From: Synechococcus sp. AG-683-B21
Lineage (GTDB): Bacteria > Cyanobacteriota > Cyanobacteriia > PCC-6307 > Cyanobiaceae
Assembly (NCBI GenBank): GCA_003210515.1
Contig: QCVC01000002.1
Coordinates: 2,113-66,112, forward strand
Direction of reading: 5' to 3'
DNA: 64,000 bases
The notes beneath the pieces are model-generated. The model was not told the origin of the DNA. It saw nothing but the letters and a program-made list of their open reading frames with translations, and ran no database searches. The position numbers and the translations under genes were made by a program. Positions 10,775-22,073 of the stretch are shown one piece after another (position 1 is the stretch's first letter; the number at the start of each line of letters is the position of its first letter).

Positions 10775-12460
10775 TCAAGCTGCAACGAGGGGATTGAGCC
10801 GCTGCAAAAAGCCTCCTGCGAGTCGGCCAGGCCCAAACGTTCTACCGATCAAACCGGCCAACGCACGCACATCGTCTGTGTGAAGGCGATCGTCTCGGAT
10901 CAAAGTGAGCAAGAGACGCTTGCGCAGATCAGCACCGTCTCGGCTGAACAAAAGTCGAAGACCAGCTCCTGCAACGGGTAACAATTCCACTCCTGGAGAG
11001 GGCGCACCTTGACCCACAACCTCTAAGAGGCTTTCCAAGCGTTCGAGACGCAGGCGCCCTGATGCATCGAAGATCACGTCCAACAACTTCTCTCGCATCT
11101 CGCTGGTGTCGCCAGCCAGCAACCGTTTTGCCACGTATGGATAGGCAACGGAAATAATTTTGAAATCAGGGTCGAGGCGCAGGGCGAGACCTTCTTGACT
11201 CACCACCGCACGAATAATCAATGCAAATCGAGCAGGCACACGGAATGGGTAATCGAACATCAACTCTGAGAAGCGATCCGTGATGGCTTTGAAGTTGAAC
11301 GAACCGACTGACTCACCAAGGCTTCCACCGAGCACTTCTTCAAGAGCAGGAATGATCGGAGAAAGATCTGCGGTTGGACTTAAAAAACCAAGATTTTGGA
11401 AGTCTTCCGCAAGCCCTGCGAAATCACGATTAATGAGATGAACAACGGCACCGGTAAGCGTGAGCCGGTCGCTATCACTAATCGAGTCCATCATTCCGAA
11501 GTCCACATATCCAACATGACCCATATCGCCGCTACGACCCTGCAGGGCAAAAAGGTTGCCGGGATGGGGATCTGCATGGAAGTAGCCAAATTCCAGCAGT
11601 TGCTGTAATCCGCAAATCACCCCGGTGCGGATCAATGCAGCTGGATCTAAGCGTTGATCAATCAACTCCTGACTATTTCTCATTTTCGAACCTTCAATCC
11701 ACGTCGTTGTCAAAACATGCGTTGAACTAAGCATGCGCTCCACACGGGGCACATAGACCGCTGGATTGTCAGCAAAAAGAGTCGCAAAGCGTTCTGCATT
11801 ATCGGCCTCCTGCTCGTAATCAATCTCTTCGAACAAGCTCCGCCCGAACTCATCAATAATGCTTCCCAAACCGAAACCCAGGTTGAGGGGAAGAAACGGC
11901 GCTGTGAGAACACCGAGGGCTCGGATCAAGACAAGATCACGGCGGAGGATAAAGGTGAGGTTGGGCCGCTGAACCTTGACCGCCACCCAGGATTGACCTT
12001 CAAGTCGCGCTTTATAAACCTGGCCAAGACTGGCGGCGGCAATCGGTGCTGAGGGGAATTCCTCAAAGAGTTGTTCAGCTGGGGCACCAAGCTCATGTTC
12101 AATCCGTGATAAGGCGATCGAATGTGGGAAGGCCGGGAGGTCGTCCTGCAAACGAGTGAGCTCCTCAAGCCAATCCCGCCGGACAAGATCTGGACGGGTG
12201 GAAAGAGCCTGACCAAGCTTGATAAAACAAGGACCAAGTCCCGTCAGGGTATTGAGAATGCGACGAGCCAACCCGCGTTGAACATCAGCGTCGGAGCTCG
12301 AACCCCGCAACAGCAAAACAATGACCAAACCGCTGAGGGTCCACAGCACTTGAATTAATCGCGGTATCGCAATCCATGGACGAAGGAGCAACCACCAGAA
12401 ATCACGCCCGGAGTCGTACTGCATATTGCGGCTCGATACAGAATGAGACTCTAAGGACAA
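10775..12460 (-). CDS. ABC1/UbiB/AarF family atypical kinase
   Basis: GPCFIKLGQALSTRPD, AAASLGQVYKA, VAVKVQRP, FHADPHPGN, DFGMM. Confidence 0.95.
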   Translation of the reverse strand: MSLESHSVSSRNMQYDSGRDFWWLLLRPWIAIPRLIQVLWTLSGLVIVLLLRGSSSDADVQRGLARRILNTLTGLGPCFIKLGQALSTRPDLVRRDWLEELTRLQDDLPAFPHSIALSRIEHELGAPAEQLFEEFPSAPIAAASLGQVYKARLEGQSWVAVKVQRPNLTFILRRDLVLIRALGVLTAPFLPLNLGFGLGSIIDEFGRSLFEEIDYEQEADNAERFATLFADNPAVYVPRVERMLSSTHVLTTTWIEGSKMRNSQELIDQRLDPAALIRTGVICGLQQLLEFGYFHADPHPGNLFALQGRSGDMGHVGYVDFGMMDSISDSDRLTLTGAVVHLINRDFAGLAEDFQNLGFLSPTADLSPIIPALEEVLGGSLGESVGSFNFKAITDRFSELMFDYPFRVPARFALIIRAVVSQEGLALRLDPDFKIISVAYPYVAKRLLAGDTSEMREKLLDVIFDASGRLRLERLESLLEVVGQGAPSPGVELLPVAGAGLRLLFSRDGADLRKRLLLTLIRDDRLHTDDVRALAGLIGRTFGPGRLAGGFLQRLNPLVAA

Positions 12461-12472
12461 TCGCTCTGGGCA

Positions 12473-13873
12473 ATGGCCCTTTTGCCCCTGTTAAAAAAAC
12501 GGCTCGGCAGAAGCTTGTTTTTGCCGGCTCACGGAAGAGGACAGGCGCTGCCCAGGGAGTTCAAACGTCTTCTAAGGCAACGGGCTGGAGTGTGGGACTT
12601 GCCGGAGTTAGCGGAGATTGGCGGACCACTCGAACCTGAAGGTGCAGTTGGAGAGAGTCAAAGGGAATCAGCAGCCGCCATGGGGGCTGACCGCTGCTGG
12701 TATGGCGTGAATGGGGCCACCGGGTTACTTCAGGCAGCCCTATTGGCCATCGCTCAGCCCGGCGATGCCGTTCTCATGCCACGCAATGTGCACAGAAGCC
12801 TGATTCAGGCCTGTGTACTAGGCGATATAAAACCGCTCCTATACAACGTTCCATACCAAACGAAACAGGGACATTCAGCACCTCCAAATCAAGCCTGGAT
12901 TAAAAAAGTCTTAGCTGAGCTGCCCAACAATCAAGGTGAAATCAAAGCGGCAGTATTGGTCCATCCGACCTATCAGGGCTACGCCAATGATCCAACAGAA
13001 ATTATCGCAACTCTGCAGGAGCAAGGATTATCTGTTCTTGTTGATGAGGCCCATGGATGCCATTTAGCCGCAGGAATTGATCCCGATCTTCCACCTTCTT
13101 CACTGCATTGTGGTGCGGATCTCGTTGTTCACTCGCTCCACAAATCTGCAGCAGGACTTGCTCAAACAGCGGTGTTATGGCTCAAGGGTCAACGGGTTGA
13201 CCCAGAACGAGTCGAACGTTGCCTTGGCTGGATTCAAACAACAAGCCCAAGCTCTTTGCTACTCGCATCATGCGAATCTGCAGTTCAACAATTATTCAAT
13301 TATCAAGCCAGAAGAGATTTAGCAAATCGAATCGACGAGGGTCGCCTGCTGAAATCTCGACTGATTCAATCAGGAGTACCCCTAATCGAAACGCAGGATC
13401 CTTTACGGATCATCTTGCACACTGGATCAGCAGGCATCAGCGGAATCGAGGCAGACAAATGGTTTATCAAAAGTGGGCTAATTGCCGAATTACCTGAGCC
13501 AGGAACGCTGACATTCTGTCTTGGATTATCCAAGCATCGAGATTTACACTCTAAACTAAATAAAACATGGGAAAAGCTAATTCAAACCAACCAAAATCAA
13601 TCAGCTCAACAAGACTTTGACACTCCTCCTTTGCCACTTCTAGCGAGCCCAGAGATCAAATTAAGCAAGGCCTGGAATGCACCCAGCAAAGTTGTGACAT
13701 TTGAGCAATCAGAAGGAGAGGTTGCAAGTGAACTTGCCTGTCCTTACCCCCCCGGGATACCACTTCTCATCCCGGGAGAAAGAGTTGATCATGCTCGAGC
13801 ACTTTGGCTCGCAAAGCAAAGCCTGCTTTGGAGCGATGTACTGCCAAATGAAATCAAGGTAATAACGATATGA
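12473..13873 (+). CDS. Orn/Lys/Arg decarboxylase family PLP enzyme
   Basis: VNGAT, RNVHRS, VDEAHG, HSLHKS, TTSPS, PYPPGIP. Confidence 0.9.
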   Translation: MALLPLLKKRLGRSLFLPAHGRGQALPREFKRLLRQRAGVWDLPELAEIGGPLEPEGAVGESQRESAAAMGADRCWYGVNGATGLLQAALLAIAQPGDAVLMPRNVHRSLIQACVLGDIKPLLYNVPYQTKQGHSAPPNQAWIKKVLAELPNNQGEIKAAVLVHPTYQGYANDPTEIIATLQEQGLSVLVDEAHGCHLAAGIDPDLPPSSLHCGADLVVHSLHKSAAGLAQTAVLWLKGQRVDPERVERCLGWIQTTSPSSLLLASCESAVQQLFNYQARRDLANRIDEGRLLKSRLIQSGVPLIETQDPLRIILHTGSAGISGIEADKWFIKSGLIAELPEPGTLTFCLGLSKHRDLHSKLNKTWEKLIQTNQNQSAQQDFDTPPLPLLASPEIKLSKAWNAPSKVVTFEQSEGEVASELACPYPPGIPLLIPGERVDHARALWLAKQSLLWSDVLPNEIKVITI

Positions 13874-13917
13874 GCGACGGAGAGCGGTTGATAAGCTGAT
13901 GGTCATCACGGGTTTGG

Positions 13918-14823
13918 GTGATCATCGAGGTCTATCCATCAGTTGATCAACCACGATCGACAGAGTCCTCACGCAAACGACTGTTAAGCGGATTAGCCGT
14001 TGGTGGTTTTGGCCTCGTTGTTGTCTGCCTTGGTGGATGGTGGTTCACCGCAGCCGTGGGAATTTTGGTGCATCTCGGCCTGTTGGAATTTTTCCGCATG
14101 GCCCAATTCAAGGGGATGCGCCCGGCCACAAAAACAACCCTGGTGGCCTGCCAACTGCTGTTATTCAGCACCCAATGGGCAGCTGTGTCTGGAGGGTTGC
14201 CAGGCGAACTCTCGTCAGCGGTGTTGCCGTTATCGGGCGCAGCCATTTGTGCATGGTTGCTTCTGCAGCCAGTGACTGGCTCCATCGCCGATGTTGCAGC
14301 GTCAATCTTTGGTTTGTTTTATCTGGGATTTCTACCGAGTCACTGGCTATCGCTTCGGAATCTCACGCTGGTAGAACTCGCGCCAGGGACCTCGGAACTC
14401 TGCACAAGTGGGCTGGCGATCACCTTGTCAGCCTGTCTGATGATTGTCTGCAGCGACATTGGCTCTTGGGCCTTTGGGCGACGCTGGGGGAGACATCCCC
14501 TATCGCCAATCTCACCGGGGAAAACAGTGGAAGGTGCCCTAGGCGGAGGTCTTTGTGCAATGGCCATGGGTGGCATTTGCGCTCTAGTGATGGGGTGGCC
14601 TTACTTCGGTTTACCCGGACTGATCCTTGGCGCCCTCGTCGCACTCATCGCCATGGTGGGGGACCTCACCGAATCCATGATGAAACGCGACGCTGGCGTC
14701 AAAGATTCCGGTGATGTTTTGCCCGGCCACGGTGGAATCCTCGATCGAATCGACAGCTATCTGTTCACCCCAGCCGTGGTGTATTACGTCGTGGCGCTGA
14801 TTCAGCCTCTACTGGTTCGATGA
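13918..14823 (+). CDS. cdsA: Phosphatidate cytidylyltransferase
   Basis: [42 protein letters not shown]. Confidence 0.95.
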   Translation: [301 protein letters not shown]

Positions 14824-14865
14824 ACCCGGGATCCTGACGCAAAGGAAAAGATCACGGTGTAGAAA

Positions 14866-15489
14866 TCACGGTGTGACATCAGCACAACCTTTGAGATGGA
14901 GTTGTCCCCCCTGAAGGGACGCATGGGTGATTTTGATCCCGGGATCCATCGGCAGCAGCATTGATGAGGCATCCTCAGCATCGTGTGATCGAAACCGCAA
15001 CGTGTTGTCTGAGGCATCGATCTTGAAGCAACGACGCACAGGTTCTCGATGAGCCACCACTGACGATTGGAGCTCCATTCGATCGTTCAGGATGTTTAAG
15101 GCACCCAGGGTTGTGAGGCCCATGAGCTGTTCAGCAAGCCAATCACCAAGCCAACGCCATGGCTCAGCCAGCAAGGCATCGTTCAAAGCACCGCCACTGA
15201 TCGACACATCTCCCTCCACTTGAAAAGGGTGCTGGAGAGCCAGCATTTGCTCAGGACTCAGCACATTCACATCCACAGTGATCGGACCACTGCGGAGTTG
15301 AACATGCTGAAGTGGCAAGCCCTTAAACCCCACATCACGGGCCTTCAATGTGACCCCTTCAAGGCGTCCACGCATCAACGTGAATGCTGATCCATGCAGG
15401 GTGAGGTCCAAACTGCCAAGCCGATCACAACGACTCCTGATCCAAAGCTTGAGTGCTCCGGCGAGGAGCGTCATCAACGGGTCAGCCAT
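14866..15489 (-). CDS. DUF2993/LmeA-like protein
   Basis: ATG at 15489 overlaps the upstream stop; ALKLWIRSRCD...GRLEGVTLKA pattern. Confidence 0.6.
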   Translation of the reverse strand: MADPLMTLLAGALKLWIRSRCDRLGSLDLTLHGSAFTLMRGRLEGVTLKARDVGFKGLPLQHVQLRSGPITVDVNVLSPEQMLALQHPFQVEGDVSISGGALNDALLAEPWRWLGDWLAEQLMGLTTLGALNILNDRMELQSSVVAHREPVRRCFKIDASDNTLRFRSHDAEDASSMLLPMDPGIKITHASLQGGQLHLKGCADVTP

Positions 15490-16348
15490 GGTCAAAAAAA
15501 GTGAAACAGCGCTCGGCAACGCGTTGGGGGTGATCGAGGTGTGGCAAATGACCACAGGCTTCAAACGTTTCCACGGGCTCAGCCAGAATCTCAAGGGCAG
15601 CCCGTTTTTGCGGTTCCCGCAGAATTCTGTCTTGCGCACCCCAGATCACATGGAGTGGTTGAGACGGTAAGGGCGACCCACTGCCAGCGAAGCCACCGCC
15701 GCGGGCAAAGGCTGCCAAAGCTTGGGCCCAACCGGGACATTGAAGATGGAGTGACGCAATTTGTTCTTCCGGGGCTCCCACCGAGGAGTCGGGATCAGCA
15801 AAGGCCTGTCGACACAGCCCACGCCGCACCCCAGGCCGACTCAAGAACCAAGCCCCAAAACGATCAAGGAGAGGTGGCACGGGCATGCGCCGACCCGACA
15901 AGCCGGCGGGGGCAAGCAGCAACAGTGATCGCACCCGCTCGGGAACACGACGAGCCAGTTCCACGGCCACCGAGCCTCCCATTGATGCACCAATCACCGA
16001 TACAGGCCCCGATGATGGCAACTTGCTTAGAAGAGTCTCCAAATGCAGCATCACCGGCTCAGTGCCGTAGGTGGCAGTGAGGGGGCGAGGCGAAAAACCA
16101 AAACCAAATAGATCCGGAATGATCAGTTGAAAACGACCGGATAACAATGGCGCCAAGCGCCGATACTCCAAAAAGCTGCTGTCGAAGCCGTGCAGGAGAA
16201 GAAGGGGATCACCCTCTCCCAAGACCGCCACAGGGAAGGGATCGTCAACGCCCAAGGACGGAAGCGACCACCATTCGACGGCATCGGTAAGGGCACCAGC
16301 TTGGGGATCCAACAAGCCTGGACGAAGCTCCTCTAAAAGACGTTTCAA
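15482..16348 (-). CDS. Alpha/beta fold hydrolase
   Basis: LLHGFDSS, PDLFGFGFS, GASMGG, CGHLPHLD. Confidence 0.92.
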   Translation of the reverse strand: MKRLLEELRPGLLDPQAGALTDAVEWWSLPSLGVDDPFPVAVLGEGDPLLLLHGFDSSFLEYRRLAPLLSGRFQLIIPDLFGFGFSPRPLTATYGTEPVMLHLETLLSKLPSSGPVSVIGASMGGSVAVELARRVPERVRSLLLLAPAGLSGRRMPVPPLLDRFGAWFLSRPGVRRGLCRQAFADPDSSVGAPEEQIASLHLQCPGWAQALAAFARGGGFAGSGSPLPSQPLHVIWGAQDRILREPQKRAALEILAEPVETFEACGHLPHLDHPQRVAERCFTFFDHG

Positions 16349-17445
16349 GATGGCACTGGGCTGCGTTCAGACAGTCCAACCAAAGCGTCGAGCAGGGCAG
16401 CAGGGGTCACTGGAAAAGGCAGATGGTGAAGATCGGAACCGTCTTGACAGGCAAACTCACACACGGTTTGAAGATCGCTAGGGCTGGCGTTCGCCAGACC
16501 CAAATCATCAAGGCACACAGGAAGTCCGAGGCTCTGTAAAACGGGCTTGAGCTGACGGTGGGCCTGGGCGGCAAGCCGGTTGTTGCCGAGACGCTCCTCT
16601 AAACGCAGCTGCACCAAAATTCCAAAACCCACCTTTTCTCCATGCAGCATGTGATGGCATGCAGAAAGTTGGGTCAGGCCGTTGTGCACGGCATGGGCTG
16701 CGACGGTTCGGCAGCGAGCACCACCAAGTCCTCCCATGACCCCTGCCGTTAAGCCACAGGATTCAATGGTGCGCTCCCAAGCAGCACTTGTGGAATCTTC
16801 GATAGCAACGGGGCTATCGATCAACAATTGGTCGCGCAACACCCGTGCCATTTGCACCGCTTGCTGGACCAACCCATCGTTGCTATCCGCACTGCTAACA
16901 GATGCCTCGTACCACTTCGCGAGAGCATCGGCGATTCCACTCGCCAACGTTCGCGGTGGTGCTTGGCGTACAAACCCGTGGTCAAACACCAATAAGTCAG
17001 GACAACGGTCCAACACAACATCGCCCTCAAAGGCACCGTCTGGTGTGTAGAGATTGGCCAATGCTGTCCAGCCTGCACAGGTGGCAGCACTCAACGGAAC
17101 TGTGATGCAGGGCAGCTTTAAACGATGGGCAAGAAGTTTTCCTGCATCGAGAACCTTTCCACCACCAGCAGCCAAGATTGCATCACAGGGTGCAGCTTCA
17201 TCGGCAAGACGATGAAGATCGACTTCACAACAATCAAATCGAAGATTTGACGCTGTGACAGAAAGGCCAAGGGCCTCAAGGTCGGTACTGAGTTGGTCTC
17301 GCAGTGGTTGTGTGGCCATGGAACGCCCCAGTAACAAGGGGCGCTGACACAGCTGAGATATGTAAGGCAGGGCTTCATCCCAGGCACCTTGCCCCCTCAA
17401 CAATGTTGTTGGGGCAATGGCCTGGGAAGAAATGGGCGAAACCAT
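16345..17445 (-). CDS. gldA: Glycerol dehydrogenase-like iron-containing alcohol dehydrogenase
   Basis: GGGKVLDAGK, SGIADALAKWYE, AHAVHNGLT, HGEKV. Confidence 0.85.
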   Translation of the reverse strand: MVSPISSQAIAPTTLLRGQGAWDEALPYISQLCQRPLLLGRSMATQPLRDQLSTDLEALGLSVTASNLRFDCCEVDLHRLADEAAPCDAILAAGGGKVLDAGKLLAHRLKLPCITVPLSAATCAGWTALANLYTPDGAFEGDVVLDRCPDLLVFDHGFVRQAPPRTLASGIADALAKWYEASVSSADSNDGLVQQAVQMARVLRDQLLIDSPVAIEDSTSAAWERTIESCGLTAGVMGGLGGARCRTVAAHAVHNGLTQLSACHHMLHGEKVGFGILVQLRLEERLGNNRLAAQAHRQLKPVLQSLGLPVCLDDLGLANASPSDLQTVCEFACQDGSDLHHLPFPVTPAALLDALVGLSERSPVPS

Positions 17446-19976
17446 CAGACGGCAGCACCGGCCAACTCGGGTTGCGCTTCAGCACGGCCCTTGTGGCGGA
17501 CGACAACCTTTTTGGTCTCGTCCACGTCAACTTCTGCGTGGTCACCGTCTTTAATGCGACCTGTCAGAACTTCCTCAGCAAGGGAGTCTTCGAGCAGACG
17601 CATCACAGCGCGGCGAAGCGGACGTGCGCCATAGGCGGGGTTGTAACCCTCTTCCACCAAACGCTCCTTGAAGGCATCCGACACGGTGAGGGTGATGCCC
17701 TTCTCTCCCATGCGGCCAAAGACTTCTTTGAGCATGATCTCGGCGATCTCTTTGACTTCCTCTCGATTGAGTTGGCGGAAGACAATGATCTCGTCAAGGC
17801 GATTAAGGAACTCAGGGCGGAAGTATTGCTTGAGTTCTTCATTCACAAGGGAACGAATCCTTGTGTATTGGGAATCTTCAGCACTTTCACCAGAGAATTC
17901 AAAGCCAAGACCACCGCCACCTTTTTCAATCACCTTCGAACCGATGTTCGAGGTCATGATGACCAATGTGTTTTTGAAGTCGACCGTGCGACCTTTTGAA
18001 TCGGTCAGGCGACCATCTTCAAGCAGCTGAAGCAAGAGATTGAACACATCGGGATGGGCTTTCTCAATTTCATCGAACAACACAACTGTGTAAGGACGAC
18101 GACGAACAGCCTCGGTGAGTTGCCCACCTTCGTTGAAACCCACGTATCCCGGAGGAGAGCCAATCAGCTTGCTGACGGTGTGGCGTTCCATGAATTCGGA
18201 CATGTCCAGACGGATCATCGCTTCTTCACTACCGAAGAAGTAAGTCGCGAGCGCCTTGGTGAGCTCTGTTTTACCGACGCCGGTTGGACCCGAGAAAATG
18301 AAGCTCGCGATGGGACGATTTGGATTTTTCAAACCAACGCGTGCCCGTCGGATGGCCTTCGAAACAGCCTTGACGGCTTCATCTTGTCCAATCAGGCGTT
18401 GGTGAAGGGTTTCCTCCATATTGAGCAACTTCACAGACTCACTTTCCGTGAGTTTCTGAACAGGAACGCCAGTCCAAGACGCCACAATGTGAGCAATATC
18501 TTCTTCGCTCACCATTGGAGTGGTGTCGACAACAGCTGGAGTCGACACGGCTGATTCATCAGAAGAACCTTCCTCAGCCGAAGAACGGCTGGTTTGCATG
18601 AGGGCGCGAATTTTTCCACGGAGCTCAACTTCTTTTTCGCGTAATTCGCCAGCTTTGGCAAAATCCTGATCGCGAACAGCATCTTCTTTGTCTTTTTGGA
18701 CGGTGCGCAATTCCTTATCAACTTCCTTTGCTTCAGGAGGAAGTTTGGAATTCATTAAGCGAACCCGGGAACCCGCTTCATCAATCAGATCAATCGCTTT
18801 ATCAGGGAGGAAACGATCAGAGATGTAACGATCACCAAGTGTTGCTGCAGCCACTAACGCCTCATCGGTGATCTTGAGGCGATGGTGTTGCTCGTAGCGC
18901 TCACGCAAACCTTTCAGAATTTCGATGGTGTCGTCAATGGAGGGTTCGCCAACATTGACGGGCTGAAAACGACGCTCTAAGGCAGCATCACGCTCGATGT
19001 GTTTTCTGTACTCATCGAGAGTTGTGGCACCGATGCATTGCAATTCGCCTCGAGCGAGTGCCGGCTTAAGGATGTTGGCGGCGTCGATGGCACCCTCTGC
19101 GGCACCTGCACCAATCAAGGTGTGAACTTCGTCGATCACCAAAATCACATTTCCGGCGGATTTGATCTCCTCCATGATTTTTTTGAGGCGCTCCTCAAAT
19201 TCACCTCGGTACTTCGTACCTGCCACTAACAAGCCGATGTCCAGAGTCAACACCCGCTTATCTTCGAGAATGTCGGGAATATCACCCTGCTGAATACGTT
19301 GGGCTAAGCCCTCCGCGATTGCAGTTTTTCCAACACCAGGTTCACCGATTAAGACCGGATTATTTTTGGTGCGGCGACCAAGAATTTGAATCACTCGGTC
19401 GATTTCGTTGTAACGACCCACCACAGGGTCCAGCTTCGACTCGTTGGCCATTTGGGTGAGGTTGGTACCAAACTCGTCCAAGGTCGGAGTCTTGGTGGAG
19501 CCCTTTGCACCACCGCCACCACCACCTGCAGTGACTTCGGCGGTTTCACCCAGCATCCGGATCACTTGAGTACGAACCTTCGCAAGGTCGACACCAAGAT
19601 TTTCTAGAACACGGGCAGCAACACCTTCACCCTCGCGAATCAGGCCAAGGAGGAGATGCTCTGTACCGATGTAGTTATGGCCAAGCTGACGGGCTTCTTC
19701 TAAGGACAGTTCCAAGACACGCTTGGCACGTGGTGTGAAAGGAATTTCAACCGCTACAAAACCCGATCCACGCCCAATAATTTTCTCAACTTCAATCCGA
19801 GCGTCTTTGAGGTTGACGCCCATCGACTTCAAAACTTTGGCGGCGACACCAGTGCCTTCACCGATCAGACCAAGCAAAATTTGCTCAGTGCCGACGAAGT
19901 TGTGACCAAGCCTTCGAGCTTCCTCTTGGGCCAGCATGATCACTTTGATGGCCTTTTCGGTAAACCGTTCGAACAT
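17445..19976 (-). CDS. clpC: ATP-dependent Clp protease ATP-binding subunit ClpC
   Basis: [29 protein letters not shown]; two AAA+ modules ([16 protein letters not shown]). Confidence 0.98.
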   Translation of the reverse strand: MFERFTEKAIKVIMLAQEEARRLGHNFVGTEQILLGLIGEGTGVAAKVLKSMGVNLKDARIEVEKIIGRGSGFVAVEIPFTPRAKRVLELSLEEARQLGHNYIGTEHLLLGLIREGEGVAARVLENLGVDLAKVRTQVIRMLGETAEVTAGGGGGGAKGSTKTPTLDEFGTNLTQMANESKLDPVVGRYNEIDRVIQILGRRTKNNPVLIGEPGVGKTAIAEGLAQRIQQGDIPDILEDKRVLTLDIGLLVAGTKYRGEFEERLKKIMEEIKSAGNVILVIDEVHTLIGAGAAEGAIDAANILKPALARGELQCIGATTLDEYRKHIERDAALERRFQPVNVGEPSIDDTIEILKGLRERYEQHHRLKITDEALVAAATLGDRYISDRFLPDKAIDLIDEAGSRVRLMNSKLPPEAKEVDKELRTVQKDKEDAVRDQDFAKAGELREKEVELRGKIRALMQTSRSSAEEGSSDESAVSTPAVVDTTPMVSEEDIAHIVASWTGVPVQKLTESESVKLLNMEETLHQRLIGQDEAVKAVSKAIRRARVGLKNPNRPIASFIFSGPTGVGKTELTKALATYFFGSEEAMIRLDMSEFMERHTVSKLIGSPPGYVGFNEGGQLTEAVRRRPYTVVLFDEIEKAHPDVFNLLLQLLEDGRLTDSKGRTVDFKNTLVIMTSNIGSKVIEKGGGGLGFEFSGESAEDSQYTRIRSLVNEELKQYFRPEFLNRLDEIIVFRQLNREEVKEIAEIMLKEVFGRMGEKGITLTVSDAFKERLVEEGYNPAYGARPLRRAVMRLLEDSLAEEVLTGRIKDGDHAEVDVDETKKVVVRHKGRAEAQPELAGAAV

Positions 19977-19995
19977 CGCTAGGCCGATGTGAAGA

Positions 19996-20024
19996 TGACA
20001 CCAAGCTATCAGGACTTGGTGTCA
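19996..20024. promoter_or_regulatory. Perfect 10-bp inverted repeat in the clpC leader
   Basis: TGACACCAAG-N9-CTTGGTGTCA, about 20 nt upstream of the clpC ATG. Confidence 0.5.
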
Positions 20025-20169
20025 CCTGTGAGGAATCGATCCAAACACCAACCAGCTTGTCCACGACTGGGTTTTAACAACACAAAAGTATCAACCAACT
20101 CGAAAAAATTGACGGTTTCTTTGACTGTCGAAGACGGGAAACCGAACAACAAAAATAAATGATATGTAG

Positions 20170-20613
20170 CTACTTCGACAGACTGATCCGACACCACTGA
20201 ATTAGGGCATCGCTTCCATCGCTGTAGTACTTGGTTCGAGTGCCAGCGGATTGAAATCCACTACTTGCATACAGAGCTATCGCAGCAGAATTCTGATTAG
20301 CCACCTCGAGAGTGGCGTGGATGACACCTTGTTGCCGTGCCCGTTGCAACAGAGCCGACAACAATCGTTTGCCATAGCCCTGACGCCTCACGGACGGATC
20401 GACGGCAACCACCGTGATATGCAGTTCATCAGCGACAAGCCAGCCACAGGCCACACCCAACAACGACATGTCCTCAGTCCAGCCAAGGCATAGGCGTCTT
20501 GGATCCTCCAATTCGCGGCGCCATTGGTCTTCGGTCCAAAGACCCTGAAGAGCACATCGATCGAGGGTCAAGCAGTCGGCCAACCACGATGGGTCAAGTG
20601 TGATAACGGCCAT
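20170..20613 (-). CDS. rimI: RimI-like GNAT acetyltransferase
   Basis: ELHITVVAV, RRQGYGKRLL, ATLEV, NSAAIALY, YYSDGSDA. Confidence 0.85.
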   Translation of the reverse strand: MAVITLDPSWLADCLTLDRCALQGLWTEDQWRRELEDPRRLCLGWTEDMSLLGVACGWLVADELHITVVAVDPSVRRQGYGKRLLSALLQRARQQGVIHATLEVANQNSAAIALYASSGFQSAGTRTKYYSDGSDALIQWCRISLSK

Positions 20614-20670
20614 ACCAAAACCGACCGTTTCAGGATCAATTCCTACATTGCCTTCCTCTGCCCAACATCC

Positions 20671-22050
20671 GTGACCCAGACCATCACCAATGCAAGGCCC
20701 TATGAGGCGGATCTGGATCCGGAGAGTCCCAACCGAAATCTCACACCCTTAACAACCTCATTGGATGCCGACGATCGGCTCGTCGTGGGCGACTGTCTCC
20801 TGAGTGATCTCGCCCAGCGCTACGGCACTCCGTTGTATGTGCTCGATGAGACAACCCTGCGCTGCACTTGCCGTGCCTATCGGGATGCTTTGAAGCGTCA
20901 CTATCCCGGGCCATCCCTACCGATTTATGCCTCAAAGGCCAATAGCTCACTTGTGATGAGCAGCTTGGTGGCGTCTGAAGGTCTCGGCCTTGATGCTGTG
21001 TCCGCCGGAGAATTACTCACCGCACTCCGGGGCGGAATGCCAGGCGATCGGATGGTGTTGCACGGCAACAACAAATCCGATGAAGAACTACTGCTTGCTT
21101 ACAACAACAACGTGACCGTGGTGGTGGACAACCAGCACGACCTCGACCGCCTCTCAGCCCTCATCCCCCATGACGGCGCCCCCGTGCGGTTGATGCTGAG
21201 ATTCACCCCTGGCATCGAATGCCACACGCACGAGTACATCCGCACGGGGCACCTCGACAGCAAATTTGGATTTGATCCCGACCAGGTGGAACCCGTCCTG
21301 CGCGGATTGGTTGGTCAGTCCTGGGGCAAATTGACGGGATTGCATGCCCACATCGGCTCACAAATTTTTGAACTTGAGCCCCACCGTGACCTTGCTGCGG
21401 TGATGGCCGATGCCCTCAAGCTCGCCCGCGACCTCGGGCATCCCGTTGAAGATCTCAATGTGGGGGGCGGACTCGGCATCCGTTATGTGAAATCCGACGA
21501 TCCACCAAGCATCGAACGCTGGGTGCAAGTGGTCGCAGAAGCCGTAATTGCCGCTTGCCAAGCACGGAGCCTCGACTTACCCCGACTGATGTGTGAACCA
21601 GGCCGATCCTTAGTTGCCACGGCGGGGGTGACCTTGTACACCGTTGGCTCAAGAAAAACGATTCCCGGCGTTCGCACCTACGTGGCCATTGATGGCGGCA
21701 TGAGTGACAACCCACGGCCGATTACCTACCAATCGCTCTACACCTGCTGTGTTGCTGATCGTCCTTTGGCCGAAACGGATGAAACCGTGAATCTCGTCGG
21801 CAAACATTGTGAGTCGGGCGATGTCTTACTCAAAGACCTCCCTCTTCCAAGCACCACAAGCGGAGATGTCATCGCTGTGTTTGCCACCGGTGCCTACAAC
21901 GCTTCGATGAGCTCGAACTACAACCGCATTCCACGACCAGCGGCCGTGCTCGTCCATGACGGAGCTGCAGAACTGGTGCAGAAACGAGAGCAGCCGGATG
22001 ATTTGCTGCGCTACGACGTGCTGCCACAACGTTTCCACAAGGTACGTTAA
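20671..22050 (+). CDS. lysA: Diaminopimelate decarboxylase; GTG start at 20671
   Basis: YGTPLYVLD, YASKA, HAHIGSQ, EPGRS, HCESGD, GAY-SMSSNYN. Confidence 0.96.
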   Translation: MTQTITNARPYEADLDPESPNRNLTPLTTSLDADDRLVVGDCLLSDLAQRYGTPLYVLDETTLRCTCRAYRDALKRHYPGPSLPIYASKANSSLVMSSLVASEGLGLDAVSAGELLTALRGGMPGDRMVLHGNNKSDEELLLAYNNNVTVVVDNQHDLDRLSALIPHDGAPVRLMLRFTPGIECHTHEYIRTGHLDSKFGFDPDQVEPVLRGLVGQSWGKLTGLHAHIGSQIFELEPHRDLAAVMADALKLARDLGHPVEDLNVGGGLGIRYVKSDDPPSIERWVQVVAEAVIAACQARSLDLPRLMCEPGRSLVATAGVTLYTVGSRKTIPGVRTYVAIDGGMSDNPRPITYQSLYTCCVADRPLAETDETVNLVGKHCESGDVLLKDLPLPSTTSGDVIAVFATGAYNASMSSNYNRIPRPAAVLVHDGAAELVQKREQPDDLLRYDVLPQRFHKVR

Positions 22051-22073
22051 GTAGAGAGGGGAGTCTGGAGAGG

